Positions 63,600 to 64,000 of a DNA stretch of 64,000 bases are shown piece after piece; the stretch's first letter is position 1, and the number at the start of each line of letters is the position of its first letter. Origin of the DNA: a virus. Taxonomy: Duplodnaviria > Heunggongvirae > Uroviricota > Caudoviricetes. Location of the stretch: the IMG/VR virus record IMGVR_UViG_3300024259_001450, positions 60,076 to 124,075 of that record; one strand, 5' to 3'. The notes under the pieces are model-generated. The model saw only the letters and a program-made list of their open reading frames with translations. It did no database searches and was not told the DNA's origin. A program made the position numbers and the translations under genes.

Positions 63600-64000
63600 A
63601 TGAAGGCAATAAATATTATTGAACAGTATATGGGACCAGCAGAAATGAGTCCTTCTACAACAATCAAATCTGATGCTAACCACACGAGAGTATTGATTGA
63701 GAAGGAAGATGGAACTGTAGAAGTCATTTTCACTGGTGGAAAATTCTGCGAAGAGACATACAAAAAACGTTGCAAGGACGCTGGAGGAAGAGAGTTTAAT
63801 CTCGATGTCCCTTCTCAATCAGAAGCAGACGCAGTAATAAAAGAGTATAAAGCGTTATATGATGAAGATGACTCTCTAGAAGATTATTTAAAGAAATTTG
63901 ATAAGTTTGCACAAAAGAATTTTGAAGCCGCTGATGAAGATACTCTTGAATATCGTAAACAACTCTTGAAAAGTGGATTTTCTGTAGCTTTTGGTGTTGG
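63600..64000 (+). CDS. hypothetical protein, partial (runs off the window)
   Basis: GGGAG SD, then ATG 63600; frame open to the window end (MKAINIIEQYMGPAEM...); absent from the track, probably because there is no stop. Confidence 0.65.
   Translation, partial: MKAINIIEQYMGPAEMSPSTTIKSDANHTRVLIEKEDGTVEVIFTGGKFCEETYKKRCKDAGGREFNLDVPSQSEADAVIKEYKALYDEDDSLEDYLKKFDKFAQKNFEAADEDTLEYRKQLLKSGFSVAFGV

Noticed and set aside
264-63818. The many 60-190 aa minus-strand and alternate-frame ORFs in the track (e.g. 16262-16831, 17563-17787, 34414-34893, 39014-39403, 63419-63775)
   Set aside because: They lie wholly within well-supported + strand genes and have no motifs or SD. The similar pair at 16262 and 17563 is just the antisense shadow of the duplicated GT4 genes.
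1-64000. Alternative genetic code (TAG or TGA reassignment), as seen in some huge phages
   Set aside because: Conserved enzymes are full-length under code 11. TAG (e.g. 6076, 47649, 62007) and TGA (e.g. 1080, 3601, 8316) both end genes right before the next start.
1-64000. CRISPR array, tRNA or rRNA genes
   Set aside because: I saw no regularly spaced repeats, and the intergenic gaps are almost all under 100 nt with no cloverleaf visible. tRNAscan-SE or a CRISPR finder would be needed to exclude them formally.

Overview
This AT-rich window is densely coding and almost entirely on the + strand; neuB at 4295-5140 is the only convincing minus-strand gene. It reads best as part of a large (jumbo/huge) phage genome. 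The evidence is five free-standing homing endonucleases (4 HNH, 1 LAGLIDADG), stand-alone def, topA and a gamma-sized dnaX outside any housekeeping operon, an Apyc1-like MBL hydrolase, a DUF5664 diphosphohydrolase, a phage-metallopeptidase-like protein and many short orphans. No terminase, capsid or other structural gene is in the window, so the viral origin is an inference. About 45 kb (7.4-52.5 kb, plus a neuA/neuB module at 0-5 kb) is one very large glycan synthesis and decoration locus. It holds about 14 recognisable glycosyltransferases, three Maf/DUF115-like proteins, three cytidylyltransferases, two NeuB-type synthases, a variant pseudaminic-acid pathway with formyltransferases, an aldolase-KdsB-dehydrogenase module, about 11 methyltransferases, a B12 radical SAM enzyme and two sulfotransferases. 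It also carries an expanded family of 7 (plus 2 more distant) small ParB/sulfiredoxin-fold proteins of unknown function. I see no flippase, polymerase, ABC exporter, initiating phosphoglycosyl transferase or obvious membrane protein. Two genes are frameshifted: topA at an in-frame A_AAA_AAG heptamer, and a DUF2284-like gene. I found no tRNA, rRNA or CRISPR array by eye. All family assignments come from motif recognition, not database searches.
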